64,000 bases of DNA. It comes from an uncultured Acidobacteriota bacterium. GTDB taxonomy: Bacteria; Acidobacteriota; Terriglobia; Acidiferrales; UBA7541. Under the pieces are notes generated by a model, which saw nothing but the letters and a program-made list of their open reading frames with translations, had not been told where the DNA came from and ran no database searches. Positions 20,380 to 29,942 of this stretch are shown here, one piece after another (within the stretch, counting starts at the first letter, position 1; the number at the start of each line of letters is the position of its first letter). The stretch is from assembly GCA_963730495.1 (NCBI GenBank), contig CAVSSD010000016.1, forward strand, positions 89,076 through 153,075, read 5' to 3'. Made by a program: the position numbers and the translations under genes.

Positions 20380-20857
20380 GTGCAATCTTTCTACAACGCT
20401 TTAGATCAACATGAACTGAGCTGGTCGCATCCCTCATTTGTGGACGAGAGAATGGCTTTTTGGTTCAGCGCGGTCTAGTGTCAAAAGTACCAAATGGCGT
20501 TGCCACAACTCGCTCGTCTGCACTGTAGAAGGCCCAAACCGTTTACCTTGCTTTAAGTAACGCCGTTACCGTTCAAGCGAAAGCGGCCTGATTGGCCGCG
20601 TTACCTAGACGGCGGCGCTCACTATTAGGGGTTTCCCTAGTTGTGATATGGCCGAGTGAAACCTAAAAATCGCTTTCGGGAAAGAGGCGCTCTCGACTCC
20701 ACCATAGATGTCTCTAATGGTGTCGGGGCAAGCGTAACCGTCTTTAAAACCGAGAAGGAAATTCCCTGTTGCTGTGAGCACTGCACTCTTTATCCGACCG
20801 TAGTCCACTGATATCCGCTCAGATGGTTTCGCGGTGCGGTGAAGAGTTGAGGCAGCC

Positions 20858-22183
20858 ATGAATACGAATCCGAGTTTTTTCAGTGCCGCACTCCGGTACT
20901 TGCTGGTGATGGTTTGCACGATTGCTCTCCTGCCAGGCGACGCGTTGGCTTATACGTCCTCCGCTCGCTTTGCACAGGCGCCCTCGCCACAGGAACAGGC
21001 TGCGAAGATTCCACCCGACCAAATGGACTCACTCGTAGCGCCGATTGCGCTCTATCCAGATACGTTGTTAGCCCAGGCCCTCGTGGCATCCACCTATCCT
21101 CTGGAACTGATTCAGCTCCAGCAATGGCTGGCGAAAAATCCGGGGCTGAAGGACCAAGCGCTGGCCGATGCCGTCTCCAAGCAGCCTTGGGACCCAAGTA
21201 TTCAGGCCTTGGCCGGTCTACCAGAAGTGGTAAAGCGCCTGACGGAAAACATCTCCTGGACCACGGATTTGGGCAACGCTTTCCTGGCGCAGCAAGGCGA
21301 TGTTATGGATGCCGCGCAGCGCATGCGCAAGAAAGCCCAGGACAAAGGCACTTTCAAATCCACCGAGCAACAGACCGTGGAAACGAGGGTTATTGAGAAC
21401 AAGAGTGTAATCGTGGTTGAGCAGGCCAATCCGCAAGTAATATATGTGCCCTCGTATGATCCGGTGGTGGTGTACGGCCCACCGGTCTATCCCTATCCCT
21501 ACTATCCTTACTATCCGGGATACTACGCCGCGGGGCTGGCCATCTCCTTCGGCGTCGGATTGGCTATGGGTGCTGGTGGGGAGGCGGCTGGGGCTGCGGC
21601 TGGGGCAATAACAACATAAACATCAACAATAACAATAATTTCGTACGCAACTCGAATATGGCGGCAACCGCCCGTCACAACTGCCATCGGGCGGGGGCGA
21701 CCGCGGCAACCTTGGCGGAGGACGCGGCAACCGCCCATCGCAACTGCCGGCTGGCGGAGGGACGCGGAGATAACAACTGGAAGCACAATCCGCAACATCG
21801 CGGCGGTACTCCCTATAGGGACCGTGCAACTGCCGATAGGTTCGGCGGCACCACACGCGGGGAATCCCTGGCAAATCGTCAGACCGGTGCCCGGCAGCAA
21901 CTTGGCCGACAGGGTGGCAATGTGGCAAGGCCTGGAGGCGGCGCCGGACTTGGCAGCGGCTCTGGTGTGGGCAACCGCTCTGGCGGCGGTGCCAAACAGC
22001 ATTGGAGGCCGGGATCTCACTCGCGGCGGAGGAGGAAACCGGGATGCTTTTGGTGGCGGTTCCAGGGGTTCCAACGGATTCAACGGATCGAGCGCGCGCG
22101 CGAGTGGCAACCGCGGCGCCTCCAGCATGGGATCTCGGGGCGGGGGCGGGAGTCGCGGCGGCGGCGGTGGCCGGCGCAGATAA
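20858..22183 (+). CDS. DUF3300 protein with Gly/Arg-rich tail, frameshifted
   Basis: LVAPIALYPD.LLAQ.L.ASTYP, WDPS, YVPSYDP; frame breaks from ~21570 onward. Confidence 0.8.
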
Positions 22184-22223
22184 TCGCAGCAGATCGCGCG
22201 AATGAAATCATAGGAGCACTGAC

Positions 22224-23222
22224 ATGAAATCAATGCTTGCAAGTCGAAATCTCTCGAAGCGAATTCCGGTCGCCGTTGCCGTGGCGTGTTCTTGTCTGAC
22301 GTTGTCTGTGTTGTTTGCGGCGCAAGAATCCCCTCTAAATACAGCCCCAACGGCCACGAAACCCGCTCGTGTTCCCGCCGGCGCAAAGATCTTTGACACT
22401 CCACAGCAGGCCGCGGATGCGCTCATCGCGGCAGCCGAAAAGTTTGACGTGGACGCTCTCGAAGAAATCTTCGGCCCCGCGGGTGATGACATCGTACTTT
22501 CCGGTGAATACCCCCAAGACCGGCAGCGCGGTCTTGACTTTGCTGCGGAGGCCCGCGAAAAGAAAAGCGTGTCCATCAGTCCAAAGACGGGGAACCGCGC
22601 ATTCCTCATTGTGGGCAATGAGGAGTGGCCATTTCCGGTCCCCATCGTGAAGGTGGGGGCGAAGTGGACCTTCGACGCCGATGCCGGCCGCCAGGAGCTC
22701 TTCAACCGTCGCATCGGAGGCAATGAGCTGGACGCCATTGACATCTGCCACGGGTATGTGGACGCGCAGTACGAGTACGCATACCAGAAACGCCAAGGCT
22801 ACGACGTGAATCAGTATGCCCAGCGCATCGTAAGCACGCCCGGCAAGCAGGATGGCTTAGCCTGGCAAGACCCGGACGGCAGTTGGAGCGGTCCAATCGG
22901 AGAATCTATTGCGAAGGCGATCGAGCAGGGCTACAACGCTGGTGCGGAACCCTACCATGGCTACTTTTTCAAGATCCTGAAAGGGCAGGGACCTGCCGCG
23001 CCTCTTGGCCAGATGGACTACATCGTGGAAGGCGTGATGATCGGGGGCTTCGCGCTGGTTGCAGCGCCAGCCGAGTACGGGGAAACCGGAATCAAGACTT
23101 TTATGGTCAGCCAGGACGGTGTCGTCTACCAGAAGGATTTCGGGCCGGCCACTCTAAAAGAGTTGATCCAGATGGAGCGCTTTAACCCTGATAAGTCCTG
23201 GACTCCGGTACTCGGCGAGTGA
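22224..23222 (+). CDS. DUF2950 family protein
   Basis: WPFPVPIV, RRIGGNEL, PYHGYFFKIL, TFMVSQDGVVYQKD; usual partner of DUF3300. Confidence 0.85.
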   Translation: MKSMLASRNLSKRIPVAVAVACSCLTLSVLFAAQESPLNTAPTATKPARVPAGAKIFDTPQQAADALIAAAEKFDVDALEEIFGPAGDDIVLSGEYPQDRQRGLDFAAEAREKKSVSISPKTGNRAFLIVGNEEWPFPVPIVKVGAKWTFDADAGRQELFNRRIGGNELDAIDICHGYVDAQYEYAYQKRQGYDVNQYAQRIVSTPGKQDGLAWQDPDGSWSGPIGESIAKAIEQGYNAGAEPYHGYFFKILKGQGPAAPLGQMDYIVEGVMIGGFALVAAPAEYGETGIKTFMVSQDGVVYQKDFGPATLKELIQMERFNPDKSWTPVLGE

Positions 23223-23519
23223 GGTGTATCCGGGTCAAAAGCCCCGCAGTCCAGAAACCGCGTTGTGGGAAGTTACCCGAGGAACGGGCCTGAGATTCCC
23301 GGACAGCTCACCAATGAAGCTATGATAGTCATTAAGCGAAGAATTAACTAGTTTCCCCGAGTGGAGCAGCATCGATGACGATAACGTGTGAAAGGGATTG
23401 TTCTGCGGGCCATAAACACCACCTTTTAAAAGAAGATTTATACTAGATGGTGTTGCGTCGACCGGTTGAGCTAACAGCTGTTACCGTGCAAGTCGAAATC
23501 GGGCCGACATTGTTAGAGA

Positions 23520-23545
23520 TGTCCGGTATGGCGACTTACCATGAC
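23520..23545 (+). repeat. 26-bp dif-like palindromic site, copy 1
   Basis: TGTCCGGTAT-GGCGAC-TTACCATGAC; 24/26 match to the three-copy consensus. Confidence 0.8.
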
Positions 23546-23643
23546 TTAGCGCGAAGCGGAAGATGGGGGTGTTAGTTTTGACAGTGCCAATGCCAGGGTT
23601 TCCGGCGCATGATGAGCGAGCGTGCTTTTTCCTAGGAGTTTAC

Positions 23644-24021
23644 ATGAAAAAGTCCCTAACCCTCCTCGCCGCGCTATTTCTATGTGTAACGGTCGCCGCC
23701 GCCGACTCCAAACCGCAGTCAGGAGACATTCTTTCGCACACTTCTGTCGCGTGTGGCACGAAGAAATCCAAGAAACAGGACATCGATCTGCTGTGCCAGC
23801 AGTATGTCGTCCGCTCCGGCACCACCGACTACACCATTCGTCAACCGAAACCCTCCGAACAGGCCATCATTCCGTTAAACACAGCAATCGAGTTCAAGCT
23901 CGACAAGAATAAAATGAAGTTCAAGGCCGAGGGAAAATCGTTCGAATTCATCGTTATCTCCCAGGCCGCTGCGTCTTCTCCCGCCGCCGCACCGGCCTCT
24001 TCTGCTCCTAATCATCAGTAG
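23644..24021 (+). CDS. Small exported hypothetical protein (two Cys)
   Basis: AGGAG RBS, signal peptide MKKSLTLLAALFLCVTVAAA. Confidence 0.75.
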   Translation: MKKSLTLLAALFLCVTVAAADSKPQSGDILSHTSVACGTKKSKKQDIDLLCQQYVVRSGTTDYTIRQPKPSEQAIIPLNTAIEFKLDKNKMKFKAEGKSFEFIVISQAAASSPAAAPASSAPNHQ

Positions 24022-24151
24022 CTCAGGAGCGGTCTTAGAAGATGAGGATGAGTGTCTTGGCGGCGCATCTTCCACCCTGGATCGCAACTCCACAACCAGC
24101 CCGCCGAAAGTCAACTCCTGTTAACGCCGTTATCAGAAACTTGATTCTCAT

Positions 24152-24177
24152 TGTCCGGGAAGGCGACTTACCAGGAT
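24152..24177 (+). repeat. 26-bp dif-like palindromic site, copy 2
   Basis: TGTCCGGGAA-GGCGAC-TTACCAGGAT. Confidence 0.8.
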
Positions 24178-24193
24178 TTGTGCCTTGGCAGTT

Positions 24194-24319
24194 TTAGTCA
24201 AGCGGAAGGAGAAAATGGATACCTACGTATACTGCGAACACGACCAAACCGACGATACAGATTATCAACCAGACCCTAACATCCGTTGACTCGCTAGATT
24301 TGCCGGACTGGCCCAGCAT
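24194..24319 (-). CDS. 41-aa single-TM small protein (not in ORF track)
   Basis: MLGQSGKSSESTDVRVWLIICIVGLVVFAVYVGIHFLLPLD*; purine-rich upstream region. Confidence 0.5.
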   Translation of the reverse strand: MLGQSGKSSESTDVRVWLIICIVGLVVFAVYVGIHFLLPLD

Positions 24320-24485
24320 AATTCCGCCTTGCTCCTACCTGTACTCAGCTATGTACCTCGAAAACCATCACTTAAAAGCTAATACAACTGCTTAGGTTCT
24401 CGTGGAAAGTGTCAAATATACCAGTACCCCATGAGTTTCAGCAGGGAGCACAAAAGGAGAGTAGGGGTTCCGTGGGAATTCCACA

Positions 24486-24511
24486 TCTCCGGTAAGGCGA
24501 CTTCCCAGGAC
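24486..24511 (+). repeat. 26-bp dif-like palindromic site, copy 3
   Basis: TCTCCGGTAA-GGCGAC-TTCCCAGGAC. Confidence 0.8.
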
Positions 24512-24677
24512 CTAGGCTTCGCACTGCTAGTTTTGACAATAGACTCGCTTCTATGAATCAGAAAAGATTCCCGCTGCCCGTATCCCGTCCGATTCCGATC
24601 CTTTTTTACGAAATTTGAGCAGTGGAAGAGATCGCCCAGCAAACAGTCCTACTTGAATACGCAAAGGAGCGTTCTAA

Positions 24678-25256
24678 ATGAGACTAAAGATGATTGCCTC
24701 CATTCTCAGCGTAGCCGTGGTGTCCGCATGCTTATGCTTTGCCGCGGACGACAATGAAGAAAAACGAGATAAAACCCGCAAGATGTCAGCCGAGGCCTTG
24801 CAGGATTTGTACAAGCTGGAACCTACTTCTCAAGCAGCTATCCAGAAAGCGGCGGGATATGCCGTTTTCGATAATATGGGGGTGAACGTGTTGTTGTTGA
24901 GCACAGCACGCGGTTCAGGCCTGGCCGTCAATAACAAGAGCAAGCAAGAAACCTTCATGAAGATGGGTTCAGTCGGTGCCGGCCTGGGCATGGGAGTGAA
25001 AGACTATGTAGTGGTCTTCATCTTCGAAAACGACAAGGCGCTGACACAATTTCTGAATTCAGGCTGGTCCGGTTCAGCGCAAGCGGACGCTGCGGCCAAA
25101 GCAGGCGATAAGGGCGGAGCTCACTCGGGAGCGGCTGAGGTTGCCCCGGGGGTATGGGTCTACCAGATCACGAAGAATGGCCTCGCACTTCAGTTGACCT
25201 TGCAGGGTACGAAGTACTACAAGGACGACAAACTGAATAACGCGGCTAAATCATAG
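24678..25256 (+). CDS. YSC84/SYLF-related lipid-binding protein
   Basis: AAGYAVF, G.G.G.G.KDY.VVFIF, GLALQ.TL.GTKY; signal peptide; AAGGAG RBS. Confidence 0.8.
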   Translation: MRLKMIASILSVAVVSACLCFAADDNEEKRDKTRKMSAEALQDLYKLEPTSQAAIQKAAGYAVFDNMGVNVLLLSTARGSGLAVNNKSKQETFMKMGSVGAGLGMGVKDYVVVFIFENDKALTQFLNSGWSGSAQADAAAKAGDKGGAHSGAAEVAPGVWVYQITKNGLALQLTLQGTKYYKDDKLNNAAKS

Positions 25257-25339
25257 CAGTAGGTCACCAACGGGGTCAGGGCAACGCAATTCTCTGCGAT
25301 GAGCACCTGCAATGCTGACTTGTCGCCTTTCTCTTTCCC

Positions 25340-25850
25340 ACTCATCGTGTCTTCATACTGCGGTCTTGTTGCAGCCTCGGGTAGAACTTTTTCGCTATGA
25401 CGTAGAAGCGCGCCGATTCGACGCATACCTACCCGGTCTCTCGCCAGGTCCTGTCGATTTTTCATTCGACCGCAAATGGATCACCTACGTTTTGTATCCA
25501 GAGATGACTCTTTGGCGAAGCAAATTGGACGGAAACGAAAAGATGCAACTTACCTTCCACCGGTTCGAGCATCTGGACCGAGATGGTCGCCTGACGATGC
25601 CCAAATCGTTTACACCGATTTGCAGTATGACCCTACCTGGAAAATCGGTTTGGTCTCCCGGGCAGGAGGCAGTTCGCAAGTTCTCCTGCAGGACGATATC
25701 AACTTGGGGGATCCAAACTGGATGCCAGACGGAAAATCCATCGTTTTTGCAAAATTTGACAGAATGGGCAAAGGAGCGCTTCATCAACTGGATTTGAAGA
25801 CCAAAGAAGTCTCCAGCATCTCCGATTCCGAAGGACTCTTCTCTCGAATT
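25340..25850 (+). pseudogene. Orphan internal fragment of a TolB/PD40-type beta-propeller
   Basis: DFSFDRKWITYV, PRWSPDD, PNWMPDGKSIVF repeats; no start or end, one frameshift. Confidence 0.65.
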
Positions 25851-26034
25851 TTGCCAGGAACAAAACCCTTTATTTTGAGAATCACGGTCACTGGACGATA
25901 AGTCGTGCGTTATCGGACTTGTGGTTTTCGGCTCGGTTCACTCGTCCGGTCATACGGGAAGGGTCTCGTAAATCTTTGACCCGCAGTATCGGGATAGTGC
26001 GAAACCGCGTTCCGGCATGCGAGGGGGAAGGACG

Positions 26035-27330
26035 TTAGGGAGTGGGAACGCTGGCAGTCGGTTGCGGTTGGTTTTCGAGTTGAGCCAGTTCTTCGCGCAG
26101 GCGCGCCGCTTGGGCGCGATACTCTGCCGCCTCGGCATGGTACTTGACGGCGGGAACGCTGCCGGCCGCATTGAAGAGCTTGGTGATGGCATCGTTCTTG
26201 CCTCTGCCCGTATGTTCGAGTTGGTCGGCAAGATCGTCTTGGTTTTGTGCGTCGCCTTCCAATCCGGCAATACGGCGCTGAAGATCATCGATCTTTGCCC
26301 AGCGCTGAGCGCGGGCGATCGCAGCATCGGTGACGGTGTTGTTGGCGGCGTCCCAATTTCCCGGGCCGCGAATCTCCAGAACATCTTTGAACGCGTCGAG
26401 ATTGATGGCGCCGCGCCGATTGCCAAGATCGGCAGACATGCGGTACCAAGTCACGGCCCTGGCGTCGTCGGGCTTTACGCCTTGGCCGAACTGATACATC
26501 CAGCCAAGCTGATTTTCTGCGTTGCTGTTGCCGTGCGCCGCAGCTTCGACGTACCAAGCCATGGCCTTGGCATAATCGGTTTGCACGCCGAGGCCATTTT
26601 GAAACATATAGCCGATGTTTTCCTCGGCGTCGTTGCTGCCATGTTCCGCGGCTTTGTAAAACCAGCCAAGAGCCTCGGCGTAATTCTTTGGCTGGACCCA
26701 TCCTTCTTCAGCGAAGAAGCCTAACTGGTTTTCGGCGGCGGAATTGCCGTGTCCCGCCGCGCGCAGATACCAAGTATGCGCTTGAGCATAATCCTGCTTC
26801 ACTCCACATCCGCACTGGTAAAAGTAGCCGACTTGCTTTTCCGCTTGGGGCAGATTTTGGTCCGCCGCTTTGCGGTACCAATCAAAGGCCTGTTTGTAAT
26901 CGCGCTTGACGCCATCCCCATCCTCGAACATGCTGCCCACATTATATTGCCCCAGCGCATAGCCCTGCTTCGCTGCGGAACGATAGTAGGCAACGGCTCT
27001 CTTGTAATCCCGCGGCACGCCAAACTTATGTTGGTACATGTAGCCTAGTTGATTTTGAGCCGGAGCAAAGCCCTGGTTCGCGGACTTCGTAAACCAGAGG
27101 AGCGCCTGACCGTAGTCTTGAGGAACACCGACGCCGCTAAAAAAATGGTTCCCGAGGGCGAACTGCGCCTGCGCATCTCCCGCAACGGCATGCTCGCGAA
27201 CAGAATAAAAGTCATCGTCCGGAAGTGCTGTCGCGTGGCTCGATGTCTGGACCGGTGCCTGAGCTCGCGCCGAGGAAAGCAGTGTGAACATGAAGAAAAC
27301 AGCCACCGTGGCCCTCGTTAGAACTCTCAT
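26035..27330 (-). CDS. Sel1-repeat (SLR) protein, exported
   Basis: About eight A...LG.MY..G.GV..DY..A..WY.KAA..G repeats; signal peptide. Confidence 0.92.
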   Translation of the reverse strand: MRVLTRATVAVFFMFTLLSSARAQAPVQTSSHATALPDDDFYSVREHAVAGDAQAQFALGNHFFSGVGVPQDYGQALLWFTKSANQGFAPAQNQLGYMYQHKFGVPRDYKRAVAYYRSAAKQGYALGQYNVGSMFEDGDGVKRDYKQAFDWYRKAADQNLPQAEKQVGYFYQCGCGVKQDYAQAHTWYLRAAGHGNSAAENQLGFFAEEGWVQPKNYAEALGWFYKAAEHGSNDAEENIGYMFQNGLGVQTDYAKAMAWYVEAAAHGNSNAENQLGWMYQFGQGVKPDDARAVTWYRMSADLGNRRGAINLDAFKDVLEIRGPGNWDAANNTVTDAAIARAQRWAKIDDLQRRIAGLEGDAQNQDDLADQLEHTGRGKNDAITKLFNAAGSVPAVKYHAEAAEYRAQAARLREELAQLENQPQPTASVPTP

Positions 27331-27876
27331 GGACGCGTCTCCCTGTCGAGAAATTGCAGAAACAATAACCAAGAAGGACAGAAAAGGAACGGCGGCTCGC
27401 TACCTGATTCGACTCGCTCCGCTGCCGCATTCCGCCACTCACCGCAGTCAAATGCCGACGCTAACAGGCTGGCAGGCGGAAACGCATATAGCTATGGGCC
27501 ACTAGTGCTAGAGGGGCAGAATGTGACCAATATTGTAAGTGCGGGTACCCATTAATGTCGGGATCCTACTATCGCCATTGCGGGAAGGGAGAGAAGAGTT
27601 TCTGAGCGAGTGGTTGGCAACTCGGAACTTATCGCTGGTCCACGTTCCAAAGTCCTTCTAAGTCTTGCGATCTCAGATGGTCCGGCGCAACGCTATCAAC
27701 GGGATTGACACTGACAGCCTGGAGAGCGGGATGAGGAGGGGCAGGTCTGGTTATCAGCGTGAAAACGCCAAAGCCCATCAAGCGCTATCAGTTGACGCCG
27801 AAAATCGACGAAGCACTGATGGATGTGTAACTCATGATTAAGAAGACGGGAGCCAATCAAACACGATCGGAAAAAC

Positions 27877-28674
27877 TCAATGATCGTGCCAGTCCGGACT
27901 GGTCAGTTCCATCCGCCAGTTGGGGCCACTGCCATACAGCGGACCTTCTGATTTGGCGAAGGACGGGGCATCGCCGCCGATAATCCAGACGTGGGTGTCC
28001 TGGGGCTGCTTGCCGACAATCGGCGCCACCACTCCTGCGACGCCTCCGATATCGACCTTTACGACATAACGCGTAGCTTTGTGGGAGGAGCCTCCGGCCG
28101 AGACCGACTCCTCGCCGTCGGGAGAGATCAAGAGTTTCACCAGCCGGGGTTTCGGCGCGGCTGCCACCATGGAAAGTGTCGTTAGCGGAACGTCGGGCCG
28201 GATGTTCTTCAGCAGCGTAATAACCATGCCGTTGCAGACGTTGGGCGGAAGTTTGAGCCGGTCGGTCACGGTCTTCTCTTTGCCGTCGTTGTCCGTATAG
28301 TGGACGGTGACCTGGCCCGTTAGGCCGTCCACCAAGACATCCATCGGTTGTTTGAATGCGGGGCCCTTTTGGACTTGATGATCGCTTATGAGCCGGAAAA
28401 TACGGCGCTGAGAAAAGACGACGGTTTCTTCATTTATCGAGCCGTCCTTGAAGCGAAGAATCGTGTGGCTAGTCACGCGATCGCCACGGGCGAACTGCGT
28501 TGAATCACCCTCGGCGAGGATGTTCCCTTCGAGCGTGCGAAGCACAAGGAACCCGCGTTCCACGCCCTCTGTGTATTGCACCGCCACCGGCGACTGCGAC
28601 AGTACTGGGGAAGGGAGCAGGAGGGCCCACGTTACTAAGAGGAGGAGTGCCAAGGACCGGATACGTTTGACCAT
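27877..28674 (-). CDS. Exported hypothetical beta-rich protein
   Basis: Long ORF with signal peptide and host-like codon use. Confidence 0.75.
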   Translation of the reverse strand: MVKRIRSLALLLLVTWALLLPSPVLSQSPVAVQYTEGVERGFLVLRTLEGNILAEGDSTQFARGDRVTSHTILRFKDGSINEETVVFSQRRIFRLISDHQVQKGPAFKQPMDVLVDGLTGQVTVHYTDNDGKEKTVTDRLKLPPNVCNGMVITLLKNIRPDVPLTTLSMVAAAPKPRLVKLLISPDGEESVSAGGSSHKATRYVVKVDIGGVAGVVAPIVGKQPQDTHVWIIGGDAPSFAKSEGPLYGSGPNWRMELTSPDWHDH

Positions 28675-28771
28675 CAAACCATCATACTCTCACTACGGTG
28701 CTCAAACGGTAGGAAGCGCGTTTGTCAACTCCTGATTAATCGGGGCCTCTCCAAATAAGGCTGGAGGTGGT

Positions 28772-28900
28772 TTAGGCCAGCGAAACATCGTCTAGTATTT
28801 TCAGCGCTTCCGCTGCTTCATTCTGTGACGCAACAAGTTTGACTCCTTCGACGGCGTTCGATACGAACCAGTCCAACCTTTGAGAGTCTTCCAAAGTGCT
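28772..28900 (-). pseudogene. 3' remnant of a DUF2007-like small protein
   Basis: Reads RLDWFVSNAVEGVKLVASQNEAAEALKILDDVSLA*, resembling DUF2007 C-termini; no start. Confidence 0.35.
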
Positions 28901-28918
28901 CAACTATGTAGTTCGCGA

Positions 28919-29689
28919 TTACCAACCCATCTGGCGCATACGCTCCAGGATGAGTCCACTATAGCGATTCATGTGATCGGGCCGTCGCTTCAGGGGCAAT
29001 GGCAGAATTGCGGCGAGTCGGGCCGCTTGTTCCCGGTCAATCTTCCGGGATGAAATTCGGTAGTAGTAGCTGCACGCCGACTCCGCACCGTAAACTCCAG
29101 GGCCCCATTCGACTACGTTGAGGTAGAGTTCCAGAATGCGCTGCTTGCCGAGGACAAATTCGGCCACCGGGACAAGTGTAAACTCGGCGCCCTTGCGGAG
29201 AATGGACCGGCCGGTGCCGAAGAACAAGTTTTTTACCAGTTGCTGCGTAAGCGTCGACCCACCGCGAATGCGGCCTCCTTCCATATCCTCTTCAGCAGCG
29301 ATTTGCATCGCGTGCCAATCGAATCCGTGATGCTGGTAGAAGCGCGCGTCTTCCGCTGCGATCACGGCGTGCTGAAAATCCGGCGATATTTGGCTCAGCG
29401 GAACGAATTCGTATCGTTCGTGATAAGGCTTGCTGTGAATCCATGACTGCAAGCGGCGCTCCATGTGCACCGCGGTCGTCGGTGGGTCGATCCACCGAGC
29501 AGCGACTAGCATCAGCGCAGCAAGCGACCAGAGAAGCACCACTCCGATGAGAAACCATCGAATGAAAGAGCGGAGCGAGAATTTCCGATGAGAGGCGTGA
29601 GGGTCGGCCACCTGAGCGGGCTCGCCATTGAGCTGAATGGGGAAGTCTTCCGCGCGGTCTTTCGGGGGTGGGTCTGGATTTTCAGTCAC
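28919..29689 (-). CDS. mtgA: Monofunctional peptidoglycan transglycosylase (GT51)
   Basis: AAEDARFYQHHGFD, GGSTLTQQLVKNLF, RK..E, ILELYLNVVEWG. Confidence 0.92.
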   Translation of the reverse strand: MTENPDPPPKDRAEDFPIQLNGEPAQVADPHASHRKFSLRSFIRWFLIGVVLLWSLAALMLVAARWIDPPTTAVHMERRLQSWIHSKPYHERYEFVPLSQISPDFQHAVIAAEDARFYQHHGFDWHAMQIAAEEDMEGGRIRGGSTLTQQLVKNLFFGTGRSILRKGAEFTLVPVAEFVLGKQRILELYLNVVEWGPGVYGAESACSYYYRISSRKIDREQAARLAAILPLPLKRRPDHMNRYSGLILERMRQMGW

Positions 29690-29942
29690 GCTTCAGAATA
29701 ATCGTTTGGGCTGTTTTGACATAGCGCCCGATTACTCGGCGTTAATCAGGTACTGGTCTGGCTGTTCCACGGTGAGGAAGCCCAAGTCACTCGTTTCGAT
29801 ACCTAACAAGCAGACGCGGAGAGCTCACACGGAGAGGCAGCGCCACGCGTCAGTCCTGCATCACACACCCCGAAAGCGGGTAACTAGTGCGGGAGTAAAC
29901 CGATGTACTACTACCCTTTGAATGTCTTAAATGGTGGCGCAA

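Noticed and set aside
23229-23305. c-di-GMP riboswitch
   Set aside because: Only superficial resemblance; the GNRA/receptor two-stem architecture could not be built
23520-24511. CRISPR array
   Set aside because: Repeats are 632 and 334 bp apart and enclose genes; no cas genes
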